A DNA stretch of 62,904 nt, the filler included, from Reclinomonas americana ATCC 50394 (Eukaryota): assembly GCA_048213135.1 (NCBI GenBank). It is 5 parts of 2 records of this genome, joined end to end, with 100 filler letters (N's around TTAATTAATTAA, not from the genome) between each part and the next. Parts side by side here need not be neighbours in the genome. Positions count along the whole stretch, not along the records: positions 5,838 to 24,575 come from PS015214.1; positions 24,676 to 28,993 come from PS015214.1; positions 29,094 to 53,845 come from PS015214.1; 2 more parts are not named here. One strand, written 5' to 3'. The position numbers and the translations under genes are program-made. Shown here piece after piece: positions 21,399-33,763 of the stretch. The notes beneath the pieces were generated by a model. It ran no database searches. It worked only from the letters and a program-made list of their open reading frames with translations, and was not told where the DNA came from. Every line of letters starts with the position of its first letter. Position 1 is the stretch's first letter.

Positions 21399-23719
21399 AT
21401 GCGTCGCGCTGTGACTGCATTGCTGCTGCTCCTCGCACTGTGTGCCTCCCTCGCCAGTGCGCATCAGCTGCGCGGTCAGTCCACGAAAGACGCGCTGTCA
21501 CTGGATTTCCTGGGTACGCTCTCTCTCTCTTGCATGTGTGTATCACTGTCTCATCATGCGCAATAGGCGTGGACTGCCCGACCTACGACTTTGCCGGCAA
21601 CTTCAAGACGAGTGACGTGGCCAGCAACACCAATGGCGCACGCGACCGGTACATTGCGTGTGTGCTGGAGTGGGAGGGCCGCTTCTTGCAGGCGGGGGTT
21701 GCCTTTGATGCGCAGACGTACTTGTCGTACGACGGGCACGAAGTGGATGTTGCGTGCTGCTTGCGGTCCGTCTTGTCAAGTGTCGCTCGCTCACTTGCTG
21801 TGCTTGCAGTTGAACACCGGGTGATCATGCATGATCGGTCCTTCTCACGACTGCCCACGACACTAATGTGGTTTTTTGTCTCCGATGCGCAGGGAACTGG
21901 TGGGCGGTCCGCACAACTGGAGCGCCGCGTCCAAGGAGACGGTGCATGTGGGTCTGCTGGCGCTCTCGTTGTCGGGCAATGCGCGTGCGCAGCTGCTGCT
22001 CTCCAGCTCGTGCGGTCACCAGTGCAACGTGACGGAGCTGGCGCTCAACATTCTCTCGCACAAGATGGACTCGTACGAGCAGTTTGACACCTCGTTGCCG
22101 GGCTACGGTGGCTACCTGCCGTGGTACAAGTCGGTGAATGGACAGGTGCTGCCGCAAGACGGGTGGGAGAACCGTGTGCCGGCGCTGGACAATGGCGAGT
22201 GGCTGTGGGCCATTTTCGCCGCCTACAATGTGCTGGGTGACTTGCGACAGCATGCGCTGGCCGCACGCTACGAGGCCAAGTTCCAGCAGCTCATCCGCAA
22301 TGCCCGTCCCATTTTCTACGAGGGCAACGGCAATGTGCGCACCGTCACCAAGATTCGCGACATGAAGGCGCAGCCGACGGCCGCCAACTATTACGCCGAG
22401 TCACCGGGCTCGTGGTTGGATGATTTCTACGAGGGTGCGTGGATATGGGGGAAGGATGAGCTGAGGAGGATTGGGGGGATTGTTGGGGAAGAGTGAGATT
22501 TGCCTGCACACTGTGCTTCGTTTCCTCGTATCTCGTTTTCTGGATGCGCGAAGCGCTCTCACAGAGAAGGGGGAAGATGGAAGAGGGGAGTGAGAGTGGA
22601 ATACCGTCAGTGTTTCAGTTTTTCTGTGTGGTGCTTCGCTTCTTTCTCTCTTGTACATACATGTATTCCCGCCCATGGTGCGTTAAGCACTCTCACAGTC
22701 AGCAAAATTTTCTTGGGAGGAGGAGGACATGATTGCTTGGGGAGGGTGAGAGTAGATTTTCCTCCTTGCACACACTCATACTCGCTGTCTATGATGCCTG
22801 CAGCACTGTTCCCATCAGTAGGAGAATAGTGCACGGCGTTTCTCCCTCACTTTTCTCGCAGGCGACTTGTACACGGTGTTCCTCGATCTCTTTGGCGACT
22901 TCAACGAGACCGACCGCAGTCTGCTGTGGTCCACCAAGCTGTACAAGCTGCAGCAAGTGGACTTTACGACGCCAGCCGGCGTTGTCTCCCTGCCCCGTGG
23001 CTGGTGGTTCTCCAGGTATCACATCAATCGACTCGCCCCCTGCCTCCTCCCCCTCTCCTTCCCGTCTCATCACGATACCACAGCCACGAGCAGTGGAAGT
23101 TGATGGAGTTGCCGTACATGTCGATCCAGCTGGTGCGCGATGTGTTCACCAACGCGGAAAAGGCGCGCACGTGGAATTCGGTGATGAACAAGACGCCGGG
23201 CATGCATGCCTCGGTCAACGTGGGCGCCGATCCCAACATGTACTACGCCAGTGACTCTGGTGTGGCGCCCCTCGCCTTTGAGTCGTGCACCTCCGAAGTG
23301 ATTGTCACTCCAGTTGCGCTTGTCGACAACGAGCGTCTCTTGTCTCCCCTCTCATCCAAAACTCGTGCTCGCAGTACGCCACCTTCCCTACCATCCTCGC
23401 GGACGAGGCCACGGGTCTGGCGTGGCACCTGGCCACCCTGCAGAGCCACCCGCAGACGCAGACCAAGTACGGCTCGGCCGAGTCGGTGCGGCTCACTGCG
23501 CCGCAAGTGGTGTGCCCGCTGGTCACCTGGGACGCCAAGATGACAACAATGCTGGCGCTCACGGGCGGTCTGCAAGACCTCAACGCACGCTACCTCACGC
23601 AGGCGCAGCTGCTGCGCTTCAAGACCGTCATTGGCATGTCCTACGGCGCCAAGTTCACCAACGTGAAGGGCCAGTCGGTGCGCATGGGCTTGCCAGACGA
23701 CATCTCTGTTGACGCATAA
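21399..23719 (+). CDS. Secreted endo-beta-1,2-glucanase, GH162 (SGL-like)
   Basis: Signal peptide MRRAVTALLLLLALCASLASA, then YDGH, WSAASKE, PGYGGYLPW, VPALDNGE, DDFYEG, WWFSSHEQWK, VTPYATFP and VTWDAKMTT. These match the motif pattern of the fungal SGL family as recalled. Confidence 0.85.
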
Positions 23720-23760
23720 AAAAAGAGTGCTACAATGTCATCTGCTGTACTCCTTGCCCT

Positions 23761-24192
23761 CTAGACGCTCTCGGTTCTCCCGCGAACACACGGGCTCGAA
23801 CAGCTGCACTCTGAGGTAGCCTGCAGCTCCGCCCAGCACCGCTCCGACCAGTGCATGCACGCGGACTCGCCGACCAGTCCACCGATCACCTGTGAGAGAG
23901 ATGAGCTCGTACGTGCGCACATACGCATGCAAGCACACACACCGTATCGTGCCGTGGCCATCGTGAGGCCGAGGAGACTGCCGCCCACTGCCCAGATGCC
24001 GGCCGACCACGCGGATGCACGCTCACACGGCAGTGAATCGAGACGTGATCGTGGCTCTGGGCGCATCTCGGCTGTCAGCGGAGTGTCACGCGCCTCCTCC
24101 GGCGGTGTGGTGTCGCTGGCGGCTGTGGCCATTTCGTCGTGAATGGGGGACAGGTCGGTGAGGAGGGACACGACGACGTTGTAGCCCTTCAT
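23761..24192 (-). CDS. Small hypothetical membrane protein (2 exons)
   Basis: ORF with hydrophobic Gly-rich segment SAGIWAVGGSLLGLTMATARYG|VIGGLVG and one GT-AG intron. Its stop lies 41 bp from the GH162 stop. Confidence 0.5.
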   Translation of the reverse strand: MKGYNVVVSLLTDLSPIHDEMATAASDTTPPEEARDTPLTAEMRPEPRSRLDSLPCERASAWSAGIWAVGGSLLGLTMATARYGVCACMRMCARTSSSLSQVIGGLVGESACMHWSERCWAELQATSECSCSSPCVRGRTESV

Positions 24193-24401
24193 CTAGAAGA
24201 CAACTGCACCTTTCTGCAAAGAGATGGAAGGTCTTGGTTTCTTTCCACTTTGTGTTTTTTTACTTTCTGTATCGTGTACTTGATATGATCGAGACTGTCA
24301 GAGTGGCAGCAGGGCGCTGACCACCTGCACTGCGGGTGCAAGTCCGTGATCCCCCTCAGTCAGGCGAAAGCCGGCGGCGTACAAGTAGTGGTAGTGGTGT
24401 G

Positions 24402-25263
24402 ATGGTCATGGTGGTGTGCACTGGCGGCTGCGAGGCCGCAGAGACATGCCGACCGCCCAACGACAAGAAACATAAGTCGTGGGCATGGACGGCATGCAAC
24501 TCTGCGCTTCTCTACACCTCCGCCGTGGCCAGTGCAACACAACACCAGACGCGCACACACATAAACACACAAACGNNNNNNNNNNNNNNNNNNNNNNNNN
24601 NNNNNNNNNNNNNNNNNNNTTAATTAATTAANNNNNNNNNNNNNNNNNNNNNNNNNNNNNNNNNNNNNNNNNNNNTGCTCACCTCTCTTGCCGCTTGCCG
24701 CTGACGTGACCGCCGCAGCCGGTATCCACAAGTGCACGGCGTGTCCGCCACCCGAGCCCGGCACAGTCTACACAGAAACAGGCGTCGTCAGTGAGCAATG
24801 TCCACGAGTGTGCGCGCCCGGGTACGAGTGGATTGTGCAGTCGTCGTCGTGTCAACCGTGTCGATCCGGATTCTTCAAATCGCACAGCGGTAGCCTCCTC
24901 CTCTCGACCCAATCAAAGCAGAAGAACTGTGCGTTTCTCATTCGTGGTTGCTAATCGCAGGCTCCGTCGCCTGCACGGCATGCGCCAACGCACCGCTGAA
25001 TAGCTTCTACACCGGTGTTGGATCGACGACGAGCGAGTGCACGTTTGTTTCGCTGGTGTGTCGCATTGCTTCGCTACATGCGTCGGTGCTCTTTCTGACA
25101 ACGCGCGCCACAGTCGGGAGTTTTGATGTCGCGGGGCACCGGCCATCTGTCCTCGTTCGTGTTTGGCTGTTTAAGCGCACTGGTGCTGTACTACGTGGCC
25201 CGCAAGGCATACGACTGGTGGATTGACGCGACGCCGCGGAAGCCCGACGATCTCATGGTTTAG
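24402..25263 (+). CDS. Small Cys-rich (TNFR/ephrin-receptor-like repeat) single-pass membrane protein, crossing a gap
   Basis: CTACPPPEPG..CPRVCAPGYEW..CQPCRSGFFKSHSGSVACTACANAP..CTF, then TM SSFVFGCLSALVLYYVA and a short tail. Start is uncertain. Confidence 0.7.
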
Positions 25264-27189
25264 ATTCATTCAGTGATTGTAGACGTCTGTTTCTTTTTTG
25301 TTTACGTCATCGAAGTGATTGATTTGGCTGCGTTGGTGCGCTTCCCCTCCCCTCCTTGGTGCTTGTGTGACTCTTTGCTACTCGCCGATCAGCCGCGTTT
25401 TCGCAGTGCGCGAAGAAATGACTGTAGCTTTTGGGCCTTCGTTGTCTTTTTCCTTTTTTGCCAGCCATGCGAGGTGCGTTTACGTATGGGAAGGTGGGTG
25501 AAACTGCGTGCGGCTGTTGTGGTCATTGGTTTATTTTTTTCGTTGTTATCACTGCTTCCGTTCCTGCAGTTGATCGCCGATCGTCATCAGATGTCGCGCG
25601 CGCCTGTCTGTTGGCAAACGAAGCTTGCCGCTGTATCAGCGTCATCACAGTTCACCCGCCCATGGGAATGAGCCGCGTTTTATCGACAGGCGATAGTGGG
25701 TTTGCGATCGGCGGCTACTCCTGATTTTGGCGCAATTCAACTTTGCGTGTATTCGCGGGATGTGTGTAACTCCTCCACCCGCCGATGTGCCACCACCAGT
25801 CATTCGTGAGAGGGCGTGGGCGTCTGAGTGTTTTATCGCGTACCCAGAGGCGACAACAGAAGCCATCAACGAGTGACGTCGATCGCCAACGAGGCTATGG
25901 TGACATCATTCTCCCAGTCGCGCTCTGTGACGATGAGATGGCGAGAAAGCAGCACCACTGCACCTTGCGGAGACCCGGAGTGATAGAAAACGCAAAACCG
26001 CCCTCCCTCTGCGTCATCATCGTCAAATCGTCGTGCTTTCGCACGATCAGCCGGCCTCCGGAGCTCCACTCTCGCAACGGTGCGTGCGACGACACGCTCT
26101 CTGTGTTTGTTCTCCAGACATTGCCTGATGGAGATCGTTGCACTCTGCGCCGCCATCAGGGCGCTGACAGGCGGGTCGTCCTCCACGAAATATGTGGCTC
26201 ACGACACCGCGTTTCGCCGCGTGAAAAACAGGACTTCGACAACATGCAATTCGATTTTGCACAATTGGAGTCCGTTTGGCGCGCGCACCCGCCTGGTGCA
26301 CCCGCTTCCACCGTTGCGCCTTCCGCGAAACGGCGCTGCGTCACCTCGCCATCCTCTGTGTCGACAGCGTTCTTGTGGAGCAGCCGGTCGACGCGCGCGC
26401 ACGGGGCGAGGAAGAGAGGGAGAGGGAGAGAGAGTGAATGAGTGTGTCCGGATCGCCGTGCAATATCGCAAGTGTTCGCTGTCGGACAGCACTGCTTGCC
26501 CAACGCAGGGCGCACAAACACATTCACACACGCACACACACTCACACACGACGGCACTGCCGTATGCCACACGAAGAAGCTGTCGACTAAACCAAACCCG
26601 ATCGCAAAACAAAAGCCACGCACGGAGATACCCTTTTCAAAACACGCGAATGAAACCGCTCACATTCCGCCGCCGACGCGCGACGACGATGACACCACGC
26701 GAGAGCGAGTGATTTTCGAGCATCATCCGTTGGCGAGGCGGGTGCGAGCTGTTTCTCCAAAGAGTGCCTCGGAGTGCATGTCTGAATGGATATGGCAAGT
26801 GGCGATTGGTTCCTCGAGGCGGCGCACACGATTCTCCTCCCCACGATGGCCCATCCAACATGGACCGCCCTCACGCCATCATGCCATCGACAACGCAGTC
26901 GCATGCGCGCGCCATGAATAACGCAGCGTTGAGTGGCACGCCTTCTCACTGACGATTCCCCCAATTCACATACCGGCGCAGCGTGCGTTCAGACCCCCTC
27001 TCCGCACGGAAATGCATTTGCTCTTTCGTGCCCGCACACCCCACCCACACCTCTCACCATCGCTTTGATTCTGTGGTATCCCATGATGCTGCGATGCACC
27101 CCCCCACACCCACCACCCGAGTTAAACACAACACAAGCTTTTTCTACATTTTGTTTCAGGTACAACACACTATCGCTCTCTCGTTTGTT

Positions 27190-27578
27190 TTATGGTTGCC
27201 GTGTGACATCAAAGCGCGGAGAACCGTTGTCATCCAACTCCTGCGCACACAGACAGTGAGGGAACAAGGAACAAAAAAAGTGTGCATCGCAGTGGACGAG
27301 GAGGTCGCACTCACCATTGCACTGCCGCAGTGTTCGAGATCGGCGTCGGCATCGGCGTCGGCTGCGTCAAACAGCAATCTTCGCACACTGCGCACAGGGC
27401 GCACGGGGGCGAGTGCGCGAGCAGCGGCGGCCTTGGAGTGCAGCCAGTGCGGCGTGGCAGCTGGCGGACACGTGGATGTCTCCGCGCGAGGAGGGTGCAT
27501 GTGGTGGTGTGCGGCCATTGTTGGTGCAGAGGGAGCGATGAAGGCGGGGAAGGGGCGAATTGATGAGGCGCTCGACAT
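27190..27578 (-). CDS. Small disordered hypothetical protein (~104 aa, 2 exons)
   Basis: ATG at 27578. A 74-nt gtgagt..cag intron (27241-27314) joins in phase to ELDDNGSPRFDVTRQP*. Confidence 0.5.
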
Positions 27579-28563
27579 GGAAGGAAGTGGGCGGGGAGGG
27601 GAAAGGAAAGGGGAAAAAGGGGGGAGTTGTCTTCTCTCGCACAAGCAGCAAAAAATGAAAATGGACAAATGTTATTGGCCGAAATAGACTTGATCGACCT
27701 CGACCGCAGCACGCGTTGGCTTGTGAACGTGGAAAGCAGCGTGTGGAGGGAGGGAGAAGGGCTGCCAGTGCAGCGCATGCATGCAGTGGTGCTTCAACAA
27801 GTCACAGTATCGATTACGACTTCGCGCAAAAATCGATATCGTCCGAGTGCGATCCTGATATCGATTGCACGCCATCAGCAAGGAAGCCTGCGCTGATAAA
27901 GTGATTGCTCCAACAAATTCGTGCATGCAACGAACTCGAGCCGATGTTTCTCTCGCTGAAGGCATTTCAAAGTCCGGTTCGGATTCTCTCGCGACGTCGA
28001 TGGATTTCTTACCTCAGCTATTCTCCGGTGCCCACTCAAGGCTACAACGTATCATGCAGGTGCGTCGGTGCTAGAATTCGTTGTTCTTGCAACAAATCCT
28101 TGCTCTGCTTGAAATTTCTCATCATGCATGACCAGATCGACGTCGAATTCTTAGATCTATAGAAACTTCAACCTTTCTCCAGCGCCCACTCAAGGCACTG
28201 CGGTTGTAATGCAACTTTGATGCTGGTATAGTTTGCACTCTCTTGCTCCAGCCCTGATTTCTCTTGCAGCATTTCGAATTTCTCTCGATCGCGACGTTGT
28301 ACTCTCTCTCTCTCAAATATCTCAGCTTCCCTAGTGCCTACTCAAAGAAGAAGATGTTCTACGCATTAAAATGCAGCAGCATCGCTGTATGGCCAATGAG
28401 AGTTGTTGCTTTGATATCGTATGTCCTGCAAAAAATGCAACGGCCGGCCACATTTCGCGTGATCGGCACTCGGGAATCGACAGAGAGAGAGAGAGAGAGA
28501 GCCTCAGCGATACGTGTCTGCGCGTGTGTGTGAGAGAGTGACAGAGAGAGAGAAAGAGAGAGA

Positions 28564-31500
28564 ATGCGCGCGGCTCATTGGACAGCTGTTGGGCTTCTTG
28601 CGCTTCTCTTTGCGATCTCGGCGGTGGTGTTGCTCACGCGTGAGAACAACATGTTTACGACGATCTTTGCGCGGCAACCTGCATCGGTGAGTGTGTGGAA
28701 AGAGAGAGAGAGAGACAAGAGAGAGAGGGAGAGAGAGAGAGAGAGAAGAGAGAGAGGACCAGAGTGGGTGAGAGTGAGAGAGTGTGAGAGTGAGTGAGTG
28801 AGTGAGTGAGACGAGAGAATGAGTGAGTGAGTGAGTGAGTGAGTGCGTGAGAGAGTGAGTGAGTGAGTGAGTGAGACGAGAGAATGAGAGAGAGAGACAC
28901 AAGTGAGAGAGACAAGAGAGAGACAAGAGAGAGTGTGAGAGTGAGTGAGTGTGTGTGTGAGAGAGAGAGAGAGAGCATGAGAGGGAGGGAGACNNNNNNN
29001 NNNNNNNNNNNNNNNNNNNNNNNNNNNNNNNNNNNNNTTAATTAATTAANNNNNNNNNNNNNNNNNNNNNNNNNNNNNNNNNNNNNNNNNNNNTGAGAAG
29101 CGACTGCTCGACAAGAGGGCAGTGAAAACAGCGAGCCAATATTCCCGAGAGGTTGACTCGACAGACTACTATGGATGCGAGGGAGGGAACGCACCTCGGG
29201 AGTGGCCACCGTGGCCACCACAAACTGATCATACTGCAACGGAATGGGCATCCATCCGGGACTCGTGACAGGCGGTCGCTGCGAAGGAGGCGGGCGCGGA
29301 ACAGGCGGCGCAGGCGGAGGTTTCGGGGGAGGAGAAGGTGGAGGAGTGGGGGAGGAGGAGGAGGAAGGGAGGGAGAAGGAGGAGGAGAGGGTGGCGGGTC
29401 GGTCATCTTCTTGGTGTCGTCTGGCGATGACGATGATGGAGGCGACAAGGAGGCACCCTCATGTACCTCCTCCTTCTTGGCCTCGCGCTCGGCATCGCTC
29501 TGCTGCGGGTCGTCCTCGGGGGTCAGAGGCGTCGTCGGTTGCCGGGAGCGATCGGTGCCCTGCGCGAGGAGGACAAGGAGGAGGAGGAAAAGAGAGAGAG
29601 AGAGACGAGTGAGAAAACGAACTTGAGATCAACTTCACTGCATATCTTGTCTCTCACACTCTCACTCTCTCNNNNNNNNNNNNNNNNNNNNNNNNNNNNN
29701 NNNNNNNNNNNNNNNNNNNNNNNNNNNNNNNNNNNNNNNNNNNNNNNNNNNNNNNNNNNNNNNNNNNNNNNNNNNNNNNNNNNNNNNNNNNNNNNNNNNN
29801 NNNNNNNNNNNNNNNNNNNNNNNNNNNNNNNNNNNNNNNNNNNNNNNNNNNNNNNNNNNNNNNNNNNNNNNNNNNNNNNNNNNNNNNNNNNNNNNNNNNN
29901 NNNNNNNNNNNNNNNNNNNNNNNNNNNNNNNNNNNNNNNNNNNNNNNNNNNNNNNNNNNNNNNNNNNNNNNNNNNNNNNNNNNNNNNNNNNNNNNNNNNN
30001 NNNNNNNNNNNNNNNNNNNNNNNNNNNNNNNNNNNNNNNNNNNNNNNNNNNNNNNNNNNNNNNNNNNNNNNNNNNNNNNNNNNNNNNNNNNNNNNNNNNN
30101 NNNNNNNNNNNNNNNNNNNNNNNNNNNNNNNNNNNNNNNNNNNNNNNNNNNNNNNNNNNNNNNNNNNNNNNNNNNNNNNNNNNNNNNNNNNNNNNNNNNN
30201 NNNNNNNNNNNNNNNNNNNNNNNNNNNNNNNNNNNNNNNNNNNNNNNNNNNNNNNNNNNNNNNNNNNNNNNNNNNNNNNNNNNNNNNNNNNNNNNNNNNN
30301 NNNNNNNNNNNNNNNNNNNNNNNNNNNNNNNNNNNNNNNNNNNNNNNNNNNNNNNNNNNNNNNNNNNNNNNNNNNNNNNNNNNNNNNNNNNNNNNNNNNN
30401 NNNNNNNNNNNNNNNNNNNNNNNNNNNNNNNNNNNNNNNNNNNNNNNNNNNNNNNNNNNNNNNNNNNNNNNNNNNNNNNNNNNNNNNNNNNNNNNNNNNN
30501 NNNNNNNNNNNNNNNNNNNNNNNNNNNNNNNNNNNNNNNNNNNNNNTACATTTCCTGTCTCCCTCATCCAGACATTTCCTCTCTCTGTCTCTCTCTCTCT
30601 CTCTCATCCAGGCATTTCCTGTCTCTCTCATCCAGACATTTCCTCTCTCTCATCCAGGCATTTCCTGTCTCTCTCATCCAGGCATTTCCTGTCTCTCTCA
30701 TCCAGACATTTCCTCTCCCTGTCTCTCTCTCATCAGACATTTCCTGCTCTCACAACCAGTCATTTTCTGCCTCTCTCTCATCCTCCCTCTCTCTCTCACA
30801 CACATTGATATTCCGTTCTCCATCCCTCTCTTTTTCGTTCCCCCATTCTCCTGACCATTGTTTTCCTGATCACCTCGATGTCGTCAGTGGTGTTCTATCC
30901 ATTCTCCCACTTGCTTTCCCCCTTCCCCCACTCGCCTGCTCACCCTGATCTCGTTCCATTATTTCCTATTCCTGTCCCTCTCTCTCTTCCCCCTTCCCCT
31001 TTCCACTCACATTCAGACATTTTCTTTGCTCTCCCCCTCTTCACTGCCCTCATTCTCGTTCTCGTCCAGTTCTCTCTGTTCCTCATGTAGACATTCCCTC
31101 GCTAGACTCTTTTCATCCTTCCCCCATTCACCCTCTCACTTCGATCTCTTCCCTGATGTTATGCATGTGCATTCTCCCCTCTGTTCCCCTTCCTTCCTCG
31201 CCGTCTCCCTCCGCCCTCTTCCCCCCTTCCCTTTCTGTTCTCATTATCCTGACCATTTCTTTTTCTCCCCTCCCCCATTCACTCTATGCCTTTCCACTCC
31301 GTTCATCCTCTCACCTTTGCCCCTTCCCCCTTCCCTTCCGCCTTCCCTTCTTCCGTCCCTTCCCCCTCATTACTCAGCTGGACTTTGAGCGACTGCGGGC
31401 GTTGGTCGGCTCCATCCAGAACTGCTCCATGAACCTCCGCGTGGTCGTGATTTCGTTTGATGCGACGGGCGGTGAGTGCACGCCTCCCGATCGTGAGTTC

Positions 31501-33675
31501 ATCAGTTCACCGACGTTTTTTCCCTTTATTTGTTTCGCGCCAGGCGCGATACAGGAGAACAAGGCCAGCGAGATGCGCGTGTGGGTCAACACAGATCTCG
31601 TGCACATGACCGGCTCCATCAACAACGACGACGAAGCACTGGCGCTCATCGAAAAGGCCGTCACCAGTGTGGCTGGCGCCTCCATGGACATCATGTTCAT
31701 CCAGCCCAGCGTCGTCTTCGGCAACTGCCCGAAGCGGCCGTCCACGTCGCTGCGCACGGTCACCATCAATGCGGCGAGCGAGCGCACCGTGCCCAAGTTG
31801 CCGCCTGGCCACTGGTGCGTCGATTTCTCTTTATTGTTTTGCGTAGTCTGTCAGATCTGAGTGTCGGAGCGGCGTCGCAGGTTCGAGCGCTCTGGCAAGA
31901 GCATTCTTCCGTGTCCGAGTCCGTGCCCTGGTGGCGCCAATTTGCTGCTGCCCATCCAGTGGCCGGCGCGTTGTCACTTGATGCTGCGCGACAAGGATCC
32001 TGAGCTGGAGATGGCGTACCAGTTGATCAAGGGCGCCGACGGCGTGGTGAGCGAGTCGCCGCTGAATGTGGCCACGCTGACTCCCGAGCGAGTCGCACAA
32101 GATAAGCCGGAGATGTGTGTCGTGATGCCGCTGTATCACCGCGGTCGCGACCCGCTGGAGCAGAGTCATCTGTTCAGCATCTTCATGTGGCAGGTGTGTG
32201 AGAGAGAGGAAGAGGAAGTGAGTGAGAGAGTGAGGGAGAGAGAGAAGGAGAGGGGAAGAGAGAGGTGAGTGAGTGAGTGAGGGAGGCAAGAAGAGGGGAT
32301 GAGAGTGTGAAAAGGATGGAAGGTGAGTGGAAGAGAGTAAGTAAGAGAGGGGAGTGAGTGGGTGTGTGAGTGAAAGTGTGCGAGACAGTCACTGACTGAA
32401 TGAGTAAGTGAGTGGGTTAGTGTGTGTGTGTGTGTGCATGTGTGTGCGATGGATTACACATTCGTGTCATTTGCTCACTTTTCTTTGCAGACCGTGAATC
32501 AGCTGTTTGCGAATCTGGACGGCACCTATCGGCTGGCGTTCTACTGTTGCGTGGTTCCTGTTGCTGTTAGCTTCGCCGTGCTGCATCTACTCACATTCTG
32601 CATCTGTGCAGGGGCCATGCAGCACGACAAGATTAACACAGACACACCGGGCGAGTTGTCCAAGATTGGCTATCGCGAAGTGCGTCTTTTGTTATCGCCC
32701 ATGCACGTGACATGCAGCTGCTGATTGTGGTGCACGCGCAGTTTAAGAAAATCTTCACCGCCGCTGCCAAACCCGGCGAGATCACGCGCTACCAGACGTA
32801 CATGACGGGACTGGGGGTGCGTGCAATGTGCGCTCTTGCTCACCTCTTGTTTTTTTGACACCCGTCGCTCTCGACACACAGCCACCCAGTGACAACGTGT
32901 ACTACCCTCGAAACCAGCTGGCCTCAGTTGCGTTGACTCTTCCGTCGTTTAGTCGTCGTTGGCTCTGACCCAAAAACCGCCCGTTGGTGCAGTTGACGTA
33001 CAACCAAGGATGTACGTACTTCTTTTTGACCGACAACGACGCCATCTTCATCGACACAAATTTCATGAATCGGTGCGTGTGCGATGCTGTTCGCTCTTTG
33101 TGTGATCACTGCTGTCTCACATTTCAGCAGCTGGGTCAATGAGCTGCGCTTGATGGGCGATTTTGGGTGCGTTGTGTCGCGCAGTCGCCGTGGAGTGCAT
33201 CGTCTCACCTGCGGTCATTTTGTGTGACAGAGCTGTCGGGAGCGGATGGCGTGACACTCTCTTCAATGCGTTCATTGTTGGGCGCCCACACTTGGAGATT
33301 TTTGGCTCAGTTGCGTTATTTCTTGCTTTCTTTCTGCCATCCCCCCTTGTGCTCATCTGTTTCACTCCGCAGTACTGGCCTCCGTATTTCCACAACTGGT
33401 GAGTGGTTCCACATGTCGTGATATCTGGTGCATGACAGCACTCGACCCGATCTCCTGCGTTTCCACGTGTTTGTGAATCCCGTAAGAATTCATTCTTGTT
33501 CTTTCCATGATCGCTTCTCTCGGTCTGCTTGTCTGTATATATTCTCTGCCTCTCATGCCTCTCCTATCTCGTTTTCCACATTTCGTCCTCGTTTTCTCAG
33601 TCGCACTCCCTCCCTCCTTGCTTGTGCTCCGACTGCCCGCCCATCTACCCGTTTCTCTATTGTCGCACCCTTTTT

Positions 33676-33763
<88 letters not shown>

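Noticed and set aside
25273-27100. Several overlapping ORFs in the longest gene-free stretch
   Set aside because: No recognisable motifs or consistent splice model. An unrecognised gene cannot be excluded.
29461-30948. Long ORFs in the track spanning N runs or microsatellites
   Set aside because: Artefacts of gaps and simple repeats.
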